From: Takakia lepidozioides
Lineage: Eukaryota > Plantae > Bryophyta
Assembly: GCA_030704615.1 (NCBI GenBank)
Contig: CM060731.1
Location: 83,638,001-83,702,000 of the forward strand
DNA length: 64,000 nucleotides
Reading direction: 5' to 3'
Shown one piece after another: positions 1-13,974 of the stretch. The position numbers and the translations under genes are program-made. The notes below the pieces were generated by a model. That model worked only from the letters and a program-made list of their open reading frames with translations, was not told the DNA's origin and did not search any database. The stretch's first letter is position 1; each line of letters starts with the position of its first letter.

Positions 1-399
1 CGAGATGGAAAGCTCGTTCGGCGTTTCCCTCCAACCGCTGAACACTTTGGCAAAGTGGAGTCCGCAAGAATGCTCCAAGCTCGTGTTGGAAGCACCACGA
101 AAGTACCCGATCCAGGATATGGTCGGGTATTCACAATCATCACTTCCACATCTGCTGTTCATGACAGGACCTACGACATCACGGTTTCCAATTTCCCCAA
201 TTGCACATGTCCTGATTTTGTGAATATGCTATCAACCAGTTTGGGCAAGAGAGGTAAATTCATACCTTGCAAACATTTGTATTTCATATTTTTGAAGATG
301 ATGGTTTGCGATCCCAAACGTGACAACTTCATTCACCAGGCCACTATGAGTTTCAACGAGGTCGATACTCTATTGCAGCGGGATACAACACATGGGTAG
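1..399 (+). pseudogene. 3' end of Mutator-like (MULE) transposase with C-terminal SWIM zinc finger (5' part outside the window)
   Basis: HDRTYDITVSNFPNCTCPDF...GKFIPCKHLYFIF fits the SWIM CxC..CxH pattern. It closely matches 45777-45971, which lies downstream of a MULE DDE core. Confidence 0.75.
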
Positions 400-844
400 C
401 ATCAACTATGCAATGTGGTATGTGGACGACCATGATTTGAAATGTGTAATTCACATCAATTCGTCGGCGGTGCAATGATATGGCCTCCAACCATACGGAG
501 TGAGCTCTGAGTGACAACTTTTAAAAGCACATTTGTCATTGCACCGTTCGAAGTCTACATGTCTTGCTGTCGCTATGCACTACAATCATCTTTTGAAGAT
601 GATCCTAACTCTCATTGTTATTTGAGGAGGGAGGAAGGTCTTCCCGTGGCAGCCTCTATGGCGCACACTTTGTGAGGATATTTTCTCGTCCTCGTAATTG
701 TAAAAGTGAAACAAGCATTTGTAATTGCACAATGTTGGATGCGACAATTGTAGGCCTCATGGTAGTCTTGATTCTATTTAGGCAAAATTCCCTGCATTAA
801 TTCCACGGTCATATGACCATCCTCGGTTATAGGCGGCGCATGTT

Positions 845-1047
845 AATGCTGACGTGGCAGATGACGAACAGTGCCACGTCATAATTTGTCGCCACATCAG
901 CATGCTGACATGACGCTCATGCCACGTCAGCGTGGGTGCAAGCTCATGCCACGTCAGCTGGCGTGAGCGTACGCTCACGCCACGTCACTCCTGCGTGAGC
1001 ATACGCTCGCGCGCAACGCTCACGCCATTGCGTCGTTGTTTTTCCCC
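845..1047. repeat. Putative right terminus of the MULE-like element: GCCACGTCA/GCTCACG repeats and palindromes
   Basis: Several (T)GCCACGTCA and GCTCAC/GTGAGC motifs; perfect 24-bp palindrome TGGCGTGAGCGTACGCTCACGCCA at 959-982; ends in TTTTCCCC at 1047. Confidence 0.55.
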
Positions 1048-1188
1048 AGAAAGGTTTTATCCTTTGCACATGCAGAGCAAGGTTTTGCTTTTTGAGGTTT
1101 TTTCATCCCATCTTTGTGAAATCTTGAGTTGACTTGCTTTGAAAGCTTGCAAGAGCTCGCAACTCTGCGTGCCAGGAGGTTTTACATA

Positions 1189-1610
1189 TGTGATGACTAG
1201 ATTCCACCTACCTTAAGATTCACCAGGGATGAATGCGGATGATGAATAAGGATGGATGACTGGTAGGATGAAGACGCAATGACGCGCTGACACTGCACTA
1301 GCTTAATAAAGTAGGCTGTCTGGAGTTAACAGCTAGCTTCCTAAATAACAACTACGTAGCATCCTATCTGGATGAGCATCTGGACATAATCTATTGAGCC
1401 TATCAGAAGTGGCCACCTGTCTGTGCAAATTAGCCTCCTGGGATTATATAAAGGATTATCTGGAAGCCTAGGCGGCCCGGTGTACTTTCAGTGTGTTTAT
1501 CCCTATGTGCTTGTGTACCTGCATTGGATGAATGGTGTGATTTAGTGTGAGATCTCATCTCTTCATCGTGAGATCCTTCTTCCTCGCAGGCAGGCTATAC
1601 CGAGGTAACA
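1189..1610 (+). mobile_element. Possible solo-LTR-like fragment
   Basis: Starts TGTGA and ends GTAACA with an internal TATATAAAGG box. No target-site duplication found. Confidence 0.3.
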
Positions 1611-2479
1611 TTCCCCTTTTTTAGCATAAACCCGGAGAGGAAGAGGAATAACCCGGGGGTGCGAGAATCTGGTTTTACAGGAGGAAGCCCTGTAATTCAT
1701 ATTAATAAAGGATATCCTGGAAAAAATAACTAGGACAGAGGGCCATAAGGCTTACATCATTGAAGATCGGGTATCACCCTGACCGGCCACTAAGGGCAAG
1801 CTTAACTACCATCCTAGAGCCCTGATAGATCAGGAAGCCATGCTCCAGGTTGTTTTAAGAAAAAGAGAACTAATCTAAAGAGACCAAAGCTGGAGCAGCA
1901 GCCTGAACCAAAAAGAAGGGAAGGAGAAGGGCTGAACTACCAACCGCCCCCCCACCACTAACAGCCAAGCAGGCAGGAAAAACAAAGCTCTTCCTAAGAA
2001 CTAAACCAAGAACCAGGCCCTGAGACTGGAGCAGCAATAAACTAAGGCTCCTGAAGAAAAGATTGCAGCCTAACAGACTGCAAGAGCCAACGAGAAGGCT
2101 CAAGGGCAGAAAGCTATCAAGGACTTGCAAGGGAAAAAAGGCCGAACTGCCAGCCTATCTTCACAAGCAGATAACTGCTATCCTGAAAAGCAGCCATCTG
2201 AAAGTAAGTCAAACAATCCTGTCTGGCAAGGAGATAGCCAGAAAACCAGGAGGGCCCCAAGAGAGCAGCTCTGAAAAATCAGAGCCCAGCCGGGGACAAA
2301 AAAGAATTACATCAGAGTCTACAATGATAGGCTCAAAAATCTAAATGAGCCCTCACACTGGAATCCCGCTGCTTACGGTGGCGCCAATTGATGTGTGTCT
2401 CCTCAATTTCAGCTGGAGATGCCCAATGGTTGGGGGAGTCACCAGTCGACTGGAGGTCTGGGTGCCCAAGAGACTCCTT

Positions 2480-3925
2480 CACCCTGTCTTTGACAAAGAA
2501 GTCCATAGTGCCCCCATTATGCATCAAACTTCGAGAGAAGGGCAAACCGCCGCTCCGCAGAGCATCTGCAAACTGTGCTCAGCAGACCCTCCCACAATTT
2601 ACGCCCCTCAACTAGTAAGTCAAAGAAGATAGAGGCCAAGGAAGCTTTGATGCAAAGAGGCTTATGATAAAAAATGAGAGCACATGTGGCCTTCCAGATA
2701 TGCCAGAGTCCAAGCCCACGTAGTGTGACCCAGACCCAGCAAGAGAGCCAAGAAGAAGAGGGGGAGGTATTGAGGAGAATTAAGAGAGGGTCCCTGCAAT
2801 CAAAGACATGCCAAGAGACGTACAAAGAGTGGATTCTAGACCAGATGACAGATGCAAAGGGAAAAGACATGAAGCAGTGCTGATATGATTCTACTTCCCC
2901 AAGAGGGCAAGATCTGCACAAATTGTCAGGAGCCAAAAGACAGAAGGAGAGGGAAAGAATGTGATTGCACAATTTCCACAGAAAGCCCGAAATCTTGGCA
3001 GCTCGTTGCTTCCGCCAAACATCCACCCAAGCTGATTGAGGGACTGGGATGGGAGCCCACTTAGCTGACAGCTTAGTTGCAATCGGGTAAGGGTTTTGAA
3101 AGACTTGGCAGTGTAGGCAAAAAAGGGTCTGGTATTATCCTGCACACACCAACTCCATTCCCCGGGGTCCCATTGGAGATGGGCCAGGGGAGAATTGAGA
3201 AACCAGAACACCGAGACTGCCCGACCCCACTGTTGTAAGGTACCTGCTCCGTTGTACACCGGGTTAACTGAACCTGTAGCATCAATGGTTCTAACCGCAA
3301 ATGTAGAATCATACTGACAAGACACAGAGCCAACACAAATCAGGGAGCCATCTGAATTGGCAACAAACCCAATGCCACCAGCCACTCTGCTGAGGACCTC
3401 CGAGACATAGATTACGCTGACAGGAATACCTCCCAGACAACCACGCCAAGCAGGTGGATTCCACTGGTCCTGCCCAGGGGAGAGAAGAGAAGATCAACGC
3501 AGGATACTGCAGAATCAATTAAAGGCCAACCAGCGGTTAGAAAATTGGGGTGAAGAGAGCCAGACCAGCGCCCAGAGGTGGGACATACCCGAACCCTCCC
3601 AAACGTCCTGAACCAAGGAGATTCCAGCCTGATCCCAAGAAGCCCACCTAGCAGAGCAAGAGGCCAGGACCTCACAATCCAACTGAAGGTTTCCAAAAAT
3701 AGGCTGCCTTATGGCCTGGTCCCAGACTTTGGGGGTTTTTGATACAGATATTCTCGTAAACGGGTCCAGGCCCTCCAAATGGCTTGCCAAGCCAAGGAGC
3801 CTACAGACTGTTTAGAATTCCGAGTTCCACCTTGAACCAGCCATCGGAGATTTGGTTTCCAGGTCGAGCTGGAAGCAGGGATTGATCGCTGGATATTAAG
3901 CCAAACCAAATGGCTCAATACCTAG
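2480..3925 (-). mobile_element. L1-type LINE ORF2 3' remnant (post-RT region and zf-RVT), fragmented
   Basis: AAKISGFLWKLCNHILSL...CRSCPLGEVESYQHCFMSFPFASVIWS is the zf-RVT CCHC pattern, followed by W..LRGLGLWHIWKA. Upstream Trp-rich fragments are broken by frameshifts. Confidence 0.8.
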
Positions 3926-5639
3926 ATGAGGCACCTTCTAGTGTTGGTTGTTGATATTATTTTATTTTGTTTGTTCCACTGTCTTTGGCCTCTGGCGGAC
4001 GCTATACAGATTCTCTCTCTTGCTCTATATCTAAGACTGTCCTGTGGGCTCAATGAACTTCTTCATCTCGTCTTCCCTTCTTCTCCGAAACAAATCAAAG
4101 TGCGAGCATCTTTGAAAAGATTTGCTAGCAATAATGAATGCGGTGTGTGAAGAAAACATTTAGGAACAAGAACCGGTGCAAATTTCTGCAGGGTTGTCTT
4201 TAGCTCATCTCCCTCCTCTCTACAACTCTTTCCAACAATCACTCACGCTAAATTTTCTACTACACTGCGCTGCAATCCCTCCCTCAAATGTCTCCAGTTG
4301 TGACATGCGACTAGTGACTATATTTCTCAATAATAACTGTTATGAGCCTTACAAATGCACTTGTAATTAGCCTACATTCGGCAAACGTAAGCTGTACATA
4401 CAAACTCTCTCTCCTGCGACTGATGACTGAACTCGGAGTACCAACGTGGACGATGACAAATGCCACTTGGGTTCACTGCGAACTTGGCACGAGCCCATGA
4501 AGGAGCGGGCCAGCGAGGAACACAGCATGCAGCTCTCGGAAAGTCCGGGTGACAAACACATACATATTCCCATCCATGAACTTTACACCCTTACCTTCAG
4601 GGGACCACCAATTTTACGTTGCAAAGTGCATGGGTTATGCCCCCCGGGGAGTCCCTGTAGGCAACAACCCCCAGTCTGTCTAGCTCTCAGGGGTGGGGTG
4701 GGAAAATGCAGGAAAACTGGTGGATCTTCATAGCTTCCTCAGAATTGATCCAACTGAACCAAGTACACCTGACATAACTAGGCCCATCATTCAGGATAGA
4801 ACCATAGCCAAAGATTCAGGCTTCTGCAACTGTTGCCAGCTTAACAACTGTCAGTCGGTGTCCATCTTCCATTGCAGGCCCTTCTGCCAACAAGTAGTCT
4901 CTTCTACATGCAGCTCTTTGCATGAGCAGGAGCCTTCCAACTCTCTGTACCATGGAACACTGAGAACATGGTGACTTGTAAGCCCGCATAGGCACAGAAA
5001 AAAATACTCCTAGCAAGGAGGAAGCTGCCGAGGCTCCCTTAATTTAAAAAAAAATCACAGCTGTCAACACAGGTGAGCTTTATACTGAACACATCCTTCC
5101 GTGGAAAGCTGAATCTTCCTTTCGTGAGGCGGTCATCTTGCTCTGGAACTTTGGCTGGAACAAATGGAAGGTGATAGCAAATATATATGAAAGGGTCAAG
5201 ACTCAAATCTACTGTAGGTTTTTACAATACACCGGGGGGGGCCAACTCTACAGGCAAGCGCACACATTCCTTGCTTATCTCGGAAGTTCCACAGGCACGA
5301 GGGAACCAACCCCTTGAGGGGGTTATCACAACAGCCCAGGCTCCACCCCTGCCAGACGTCCCCTCTTATAAAATAGACTGACAGCTAAACTTTGACGACA
5401 TAATCCTACTCAACATAGGGAGGGTGGTGGGGTGAAAAAAGAGGGGGACGAAGGTAAAGGAGGAACCTTCCAGGGGGGATACTATGCTACAGCTACACAT
5501 GAAAGGTTACCGATCCCGTAGTCAAGACACTACACTGATGACAAGACTACAGGGGTAGCCCATAAATGAATTAAATTCAAAGCGCAACTCCTGCTGTAGG
5601 TCGCCAGATCTTGCAATCCCATGACAACGAGCAAGCCCT

Positions 5640-8600
5640 TCAGTCACTGATGTTGCATTGCTGCAGATAAGGATGGCCATACTTGACAAACTTGGACCAG
5701 AAGGGCTTGAACTTGGTCATGCCAATCTCTAGCCATGGTTTCATGTTGCCGTTGTAGTGGATGACTGCTGCCTTGTTGATCTCAGAATCCTCAACGCTTG
5801 GGTTGTAGCCAAGCCCCAACACATGCCATGACTTCTCCAATGAGTATGTTAGATTGTTGAAGGTAATCAGCCCGGGGGGTAGTGTCCCAAGCTTCCACAG
5901 CACTCGGTCCTCATTCTGAATCATGAAAAAAGAGTATGAGAGACCAAAGGAGCACAAGTTAACATGCTAGTCTTAGTTTAGAGATCATTTACTGATAACT
6001 ATCGGTGTAATGAAGAACCAACCAGACCACATCATTTTAATTGCACCCATGATTGGCTACTCAGGTAATGAAGGAAAAGGACAAATAAGGTAGCTTTATG
6101 TGAAGCCTGACCATCTGGCACCTCATATACCCCACTCAGAAATCATAGACTCAATAATATCTAGTTCAGTTATGAAGCTCGTGTCTGTTACACATCATTA
6201 TAGGCCACCTTTGCTCCCCTGTCAATTCATACATTAGAGTCACTGATGGTCCAAACAACCACTACGAATTTCCTACAATCCACAGCAACTGTTAACTTTT
6301 AAGTCAGACAAAGAAGAGGACTTACCATGCTCTGCCATCTGTGGTAGATGCCAGTGATGTCCTGCTTCTTCCACTCCTTCAGATCAAATACATTCATTCC
6401 GTATGCCCAACCACAAGCATTTGGATCGAAATTTTTTGCAATTAGAGGATTTGAGAAGTTCAGGTACTTGTCAAACCTATGGAAACTAGCTCCACACGTT
6501 TCGACGGCACCATTGACATTCCCATGGAGATCGATGTCCCAGAGGGGCGTGAGGTCCTTCTGAACCACTATGTCATCATCCAAGAACAAGATTTTGTCCA
6601 GCTTGGGAAAGACTTCCGGAAGATAGAACCGCAAGTGATTGAGCATTGACAAATATTTAGGATTCCTGTACTTCAAAGTGGATGTTCCTGCTGCAAGGGT
6701 TGTGGTGTGGTCAGCTTTGAAGTAGTATTCTTTCATTGCAACAGACTCCAGCTGCCGTAGCACTGGACAGTAGGATGAATTCAACCACTTGAAATCGTCC
6801 ACATTTTCGACTTGTATAGTAGCAGCCCCTGGAGGATTGGCAAGAAACCACATCTTCATAGCTCCATAGTTCAGCTTGTCTGTCACTACATGGAAAACGT
6901 GTTTTTCCGGTTCCTGTCGCAATCACCTTATTTCTCAGACTGTATACTGGAAACATCCTACTGCACAATCACCAGGTTGAGAGTTTCTGGGCCCAGAAAC
7001 TCTGGGCTCACTTGTTCTGACAAGCTCATCCCTAGAACCTGACAACTGGCTAGCCAGTCCAAATAATTACCAAAGCTATGCATTGCATTCAACAAGTTTT
7101 CTAATTGTCCCACACATGAGAATTTCCAATACCATGATTTCACCTTGGCATTGACGATGGTAGAGTTCACCACAACTGCTGCTGCAAGGATGTTGTCAGA
7201 AAAGAGTGCATAGTGATAGAGACTGGGATCCTCTAGTTTATCTCCATGTGCAAAATCACGTTGATCAAGAGGAAGTAAATGATACTCCACAGTTAGGCGC
7301 ATGGACAGACAGTGCAAGCCCTTCGGCACTGTCTTGGCAGCCAATTGGCTCAAGAAGGTGTTCTGTTTCTTGAGCATGCGGGTATGCTCCTCAGCTTGTT
7401 GAAGCATGGCTCTCAGCTTCTTGACCATGGTAGCAGCATCATAATGACGGTCCTGTGCTTTCACCAGAAGTTGTCCCATTGCGTTCATCTTGTCTGAAGC
7501 CCTGCAGCCAACATTACTGTGCCAGATGAGCACACAAGCAAAAGATGAAATTTGAAAGGGTCCATAGCTAGATGTATAGTTCCTCGAGTCAGACTTTCCT
7601 CTAGGGTGGCAAACGAAGACTCACTCACACAGCCTTGAACAGGTAGCATAACATATGAGAGCGCAGCAACACTGATGCCCGGTAGAGACTAGCCTGAACA
7701 TATTCCAAGACTAAATGGCAGTGATTACCAAAATCACCACTTCCCCAAGTTGTACTAGTGAGCGGTTAACCCTCAACAGTCCCATCATCACAATTCATGA
7801 CAATTTATGCAGCTTGCGTAGTATTCAACTTTCATGTTAAAACTGCTTTCGTGGCTGTTCCAGTGAAAGTATTTATCAATGTGAGAGCCTAGAAATCTCA
7901 GTTTCCTTTGAAAAGTAGTCTTATATGGTTGTTCAATCTGGTCAGTTCATAAACAAACATGGAGAAAACTATTACCCGCTTGGCAATTCTGCATCAACAT
8001 TGGCATCGTCTACCACTTTCTGATGCTCCTTCATAAGAAGTTTCAACTCACTGACAAGATCAAAATGACTCTGGGCCTGAGCGATGTTTGCATAAGCCCG
8101 GGCCATAATCAGTTGATCTCGCATTAGCCGCACCAGCGAATCCTGATTCTCAGTGTCAATTCCTGCACTATACTTCCCAACTAAAGCCCCATCGGCATCT
8201 TTTGGTTTTTTCGTTGCTTCAGCCTCCAGGTTCTTGACTTCCTCACCCTCCTGAGGTAGCAATTCTGTCAGCCTTTCTCCACGTCTATAAAGCCTTAGAT
8301 TAAAAAATGACTTTGCCCTAAAGCCCTTAACAAGCCTCTACCACCACCACTGATATAAATGTTGGAAGTAACAGCAGTAGTTTCTTAGTATAGACAGAGG
8401 TCTGTATTCTTTACAGTTTTTTGAGTACTTAAAACGGAAGTGATCCACCTTTTATCTGCAAAGTACGCTTCTCAGTTCATTGCAAATTTTTGAGTAAATC
8501 TGGCAGTCAGGGCTCCTCGAGCAACTAACCAACCAACTTCTTTCAGATATGAGCTCCAAGTGGTTGATTGGGCTTTTGCTTGCTTACCTTCATTTCTATC

Positions 8601-11406
8601 CTTGCAGGCTCACCATCCTTGCTCAGTGTACCTTGCTGAGAATCAACTCCATCTGAAATCAGAATACCTGAGAAAATAAAAGAGACTTCCTTGTCAAGCT
8701 CAAATGAAAACTAAATGACCACCGTTCTGCCTGAACCAGCAATCAAAGCAGACTTTAATCACACCAGATTCAGACAACCATAGAAAGTGCCTCACAAGAC
8801 TCACTGCTACAAAAAATTGATGGCCGCCTCTGCAGAAGTATTTTCTAGCAAACAGCCATTAAGATAATCATGATACACAGGCTTATGATGACAGGTTGAC
8901 CAGCTCAGACAGCTGCAGTGCAGCTTACCAGGTGTACCAACATGATCTCCTCCAACATGACCAGCAACTTCTTGGTTTCCGCCAGTCTGCGGCTCCCGAG
9001 TTTTGGCATTCTCAGCTTCAGATCCCTTCTTTCCACCCTCCTGCCCCTCCCAGTCAGCATGATCAGTATCTGCATCCTTGCTCTCCGGGTGACTTTTGGC
9101 ACTGTCCTGGGCAGGATTCCGGACCTCAAGAACTTCTTTGGGTTCCTGCCAAGTTCAACACATAGAACATGGAAAAAGGAAAGTATTAGCGAAGTGACAC
9201 AATCGATCCCGTAGTTTCCTGTTACAAGTTCACAAGGTAATGAAATCGAAGGGGTCCCATACAAGTGTCGCCTCTGAAAAAGGAACCCAGTGTCTGTACT
9301 CTTGAAGATTGTTTACAAGCTGATACATACAGGCTCCCATGTACAGGGTGAGTGGTCCGAACAGAGTTCCCAAACCACCCCAATATTGCCATTTGATCAT
9401 GACACACAGAGGATGTAGTGAACACAACAACTCCTTCTCGTAGAATGGGAACCTTGTCTGCCTATCCGTCATCAAAGGGCAATCAGATGAAAATGCAAAA
9501 TCTACAAGTTAACATAGGTGTCTTCTTCCATACTTGATGCCTGTGGACAAGCAAGCCTGATGATTGCTGAACAGGATTATGGTGAACCACACTGCCTCTT
9601 GGGCGAGGATGCCATTACAGAGCTTCCAGAACTGTCACAGTGGGTAAAAACCGGTTTACCATAGTAACTTACAATACTAATTCGCTACCTGATAAGAGTT
9701 GGAAGCTTTTTGACTGACATCGGTGGTGTCTTCCCGAACCCATGAAGATGATAAATCCTTTCGGCCAACAAAGTTTAGATTCAAAGGTCCAGACTTTTCT
9801 GGCCTTACAGTGATGATATCAAGCACCTACACACAAGGGCATTGATTTAGTGAGGAGATCACATCTGCACTTCTTACAAGAGAAATGGTCGCAAAGATAA
9901 AGTCTAACAAACAACCCCATATCAATGCACAACTACAACATGTTAAGGCCCAGCTACCCACGAAACCTACCCGAAATAGACACAGTAAATCCATGAAACT
10001 GTACAAATGAATCCAATCACCTACACAAATCAGGATGTGTCAAATGCAGGCATCAAATAATGTGAATGCCAGGTCGAACAACTGAAAAGGATGATAATAA
10101 CCTCTTTAGGAAGCAGGCTTTCTAAGTGCTCCAAGGCACTGCGCCTATGGGTCTGCACAACACAAAATAATAAGATAGAAACGCAGGTCAACATGAAGGA
10201 AAATTAACAGTGACTATTCAAAATCACGACATGCTAGCCTCCAGATGACAAACAGATTTCATGAATCTGAAAAAACCAAACACACATTAGACAACACCAT
10301 ACCACAGAAACTAGGCGACATAAAATAGAGATGAAGCATGCACCATCCATCTCCCTTCAATTATTTATGATGAAGGAAACATACCGCATCGGATGCATCT
10401 TCGGCCAGGTAACTGTTCCCTGCACATTCATGCAGAAGGACAATGGATGAAGAAATGATTTTCCACTTAGAACATGCGGAAAACACAGAGCTGAAAGACA
10501 AGATACATGGCGTGAACAAACCAACTACAACTCGACGGTGTTCTAATTCAACTTCATTCCTGCAAACTTGTAACATGAGTCTTCTCCTATTCCACCTGCA
10601 CATAGGGTTATTTACAGGTTGAGCAGGCAAATATATCCTAGGCATCCCACCGGCTGTATCTTCCTTGAACTACCTGACATCAAGATGAGTGACCAAGACA
10701 AGTGGAACGAAGAGGAAGGACCTGGTGGAAAGCATCTCTCCATTTTCAGAATCACCAAGGTATTCCCCTCTGCCTTTTGCTTCAGCATCAACTTCTGGTA
10801 CTCTTTAAGATTTCTGGGGAGATCCTTCAATAGTCTTTCCCAAACAGGTCTTTCTCTAACCCCTAAGCTACTCCAGCAGTTCTCTGGTCATGAAACCAAG
10901 AAGCAAGACCTAACAACTTCGGTCCCTTCCTCACATGTGCACACGCATTGGTTCTGAATTAAGAAAAGTAAACTGGAGGCGTCACATCTTCTGCCGAAAA
11001 CATGATGCAGCCTACTTCAGAACTTAATAGGCTGCGAGTGGATACTTCGTCTGACAACAGCCTGAACACGAGATGATACAATGCACACATTCCTCATTGT
11101 CCTTCATGTATTTCGTAAGCTGCTGGATCATAATGCCAACCTGCCTGTCTTATGCCCAGAATGGCAACTTCCCGCAAAACTCTGGTCCATGACATACAGA
11201 CACATAACGAAGGACCTCAAACACATGTGGGGGCAAACAGATAACTTACCAGCAGTGAAAGAGTTGCTTGTCCGTCCTGTCAAGATCAGAAGGGGTGCAA
11301 CCACCGAGATAACCAGCAATGCAATGACTGATGCTCGGTACCCGCCATTTCTACTGTTTCCACTTCGAACTGGAAGGCCACTCCCTGAACCTTTTTTGGA
11401 TGGCAT
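5640..11406 (-). CDS. GAUT1: Galacturonosyltransferase, GT8 family, GAUT1-like. Exons 11406-11250, 10419-10385, 10152-10102, 9826-9689, 9145-8929, 8667-8588, 8250-7976, 7501-7144, 6913-6326, 5915-5640 (2175 nt, 724 aa)
   Basis: Motifs LAAKTVPKGLHCLSMRLT, DPSLYHYALFSDNILAA, KYRNPKYLSMLNHLRFYLPEVFPKLDKILFLDDDIVVQKDL, LWKLGTLPPGLITF and VIHYNGNMKPW. N-terminal TM helix. GAUT1-type ALEHLESLLPKE/VLDII...LSSSWV segment. All introns GT-AG with consistent phases and no stops. The small 5' exons are less certain. Confidence 0.93.
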
Positions 11407-12876
11407 GGTGAGCAAACTTCGGTGCCTCAGACTACCTTGCTGTCACTTGATTAATGACTGCAGAAATCAGTTCTCCCGCTCTTGAAAGTTGATGCAGATC
11501 ACAACGATCCATGATAAGCGATACCTTGATACACAAAGTGGCTCAAGAAAATCCAACCTCCTCTTTTTGACTTGCAGCGGGCCATACATGATACCGCAGG
11601 TAGAAGAATGAATACGAAAACCCGTTACCTAAGGTCTCCCAGCTGATTGACCGTCCAGTTCAGGAGCTTTTCAAGGACACCAATACTAGACATTAAAGTC
11701 AGATAATAGCAGATCCGAAAGTGCCACGGGGAGGAGGGAACGTGTCTTTCAGAGCCATTCCTCCATTGCAGCTTCCAGTTCCAAGTATCACAGAATAAGA
11801 GCACGACACGATGCAGAAGCTGGAATTTCCAACCAAAACAGCCGCTACCGTATCGGAGACTGAGAGACCAAGACAGAAGCCAAACTGCAAGAGACACAAA
11901 GTTGACAGGCTACGAGCTTGCTAGTGAAATAGCGTCCCAAAGCTACAGAAGCGCCCCCCAAACTCTGCACTCTCTCCGAAATGTCCAAATCCAGGAAGCA
12001 ATATAAACAACGACGGCAGTACCTAACATAAACTAGAACGAACTAGCCGATGCAGCCAGTGTTGCCGCACAAGCGGTATTCCCAGAGTTATCCAACACCT
12101 GTCCCCAATCAGATCTGCATCTGTGATGCAGTGCACAAACCTTTGCGTCCGACAAGACAAGTTACATAAGTAGTATTCCCTGCAGTATCCAACAGACTGA
12201 CGGCGGTGCAATGCAGGGGCTGTTTGCATTCAGCATCTATCCACAGACACAGCTCCAGGTGCTATCCAGCGCGCTCCTACCTCTACAATCTCTCAAACAC
12301 GCAATGCAACGGTAAGGGTGGTGTCGCCGGTGATGAGTGCGAGACTCGGAGATCCTTCTCAATCCGTCCTTCTGTCTTTACTGCATCCTTTTCCGCTCTC
12401 TCCTCCCCCGTAATCATTCTCGCTCTGCCCCGCCTCGCCGATGCCCTCCCTATCAATCCACTTTCCATCCACTCATTCATCCATTTCCACGCCCTTGGTC
12501 AGCCAGCCAGCCTGGCAATCGGCTTTGGCGCATTAAAAATCTCCAATATCCAATAGACAAACTACGGTTGCTCAGGTTTGAGCCTCGATCACCTGGTTGT
12601 CCAGGACACAACCACAGTGGGGCAGGACACTTGGCAAGTTGGTATTAGTTGGAAGAGAGCAGACCCAATGGGACCGGGGTTTCGCTAATCATTCTCCTGC
12701 GGACGGATCTCAACCGTTGACGAAAATCGACATCCACACCCGTACTAATGCGCTGGCTTTTATTTATTATTTTTCTACAAATACATATCCCGGGGATTCT
12801 GTGTGTGAACTTACCAGGAACGACTCGGAAGATGATAGGACGGCAGAAAAGACAAATAACAGTCAGTATGTGTGTA

Positions 12877-13934
12877 CAGTAGACCCTCTTTAAATGTTAC
12901 CTCCGTATATGTTATATATCTTTTATTGTTACGTTTTTTATACTCTGTAGAATATTACACTAGGAAAGAGTCAAAGAGTGTTATTTGTTAAATGTTAGGA
13001 AAGTCATACTCTCTATGGTGTAAAACCACCCTCTATATGTTACATGTCATTATGCACCTCCAATTAGTGGGTGGGATTTGGAACCTCCGATTAGGATCAC
13101 AACCATAGTGATGTTGCCTCCCAATACAACAAGTAAGTGGCAACCTATGGATGCAGGAATCATAAGATGTTTCAAAGCTCATTACAAAAAGCTTTTTATT
13201 CATCATCAAATTGAGAGTTTAATGGCCGACAGAGCTCCCATGGTTGATGCATACCAAGTTATGGTTGAGCAAGCATGGCGCATCTATGTAAGTTGTGATA
13301 CCATTAGGCATTGTGGTTTGTTTCAAATGCCGAACCTGAATGGGCTGTCCGTAACGGAGATTGGTGATGCTTCCGGATGAAGTACAAATGTAGAGTTGGA
13401 TGAAATTGATGGACTTTTGTATCGGTTTGCTGAGCTTTCCGTCCTTCATGGTGTTGAGGCTCCGACCATGATGCCTTGGAGTTTCTTAATTTTGAGGCTC
13501 AGTTTGATTTAAACGAGCCATTTCAACCAAACGATGATGAGATTTGGGACATGGTTGGTCCAACGGAAGATGTCGAGGAGCGCGACCAAGAGGAAATTTT
13601 AATTCCACAAGAGTCCGCAATATTATTTTCAGAAGTTAACGCCGCACCACATACTATTCAGCTTTATATTGAACAACAACCTCAAGACACTACTCTTTTG
13701 CATTCAAAATGTTATCAATTCAAAAAGAATTGCACCCGCTAGGACATCCAATTCTAGACAAACGGACCTTTTAATTTAAATTAATGTGTAAATGTTACTT
13801 TCCATCTAGTGGACCTCGTTAAGTGTGACCTTTATAATTGTTAGGGTGGGATATTTTTCCCTCCTTTACCGTTAGTTGTTATATATCTGTAAATGTTATG
13901 TTTTCCCTACATAACATTTAAAGAGGGCCGACCG
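12877..13934 (+). mobile_element. Internally deleted pogo/Tigger-like (Tc1-mariner superfamily) DNA transposon
   Basis: TIRs CAGTAGACCCTCTTTAAATGTTA and (rev-comp) CGGTCGGCCCTCTTTAAATGTTA, with TA on both sides (12875-6, 13935-6). Internal DDE_1 C-terminal motif LPPNTTSKWQPMDAGIIRCFKAHYKK at 13078-13380, then stops and frameshifts. Confidence 0.88.
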
Positions 13935-13974
13935 TATATGTGCTCTACTAATTTGGGACAGTTATGAGTTATGA

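Noticed and set aside
8896-9264. Overlapping ORFs called in the ORF track
   Set aside because: Alternative frames over GAUT exon 9145-8929; the real frame is EPKEVLEVR...
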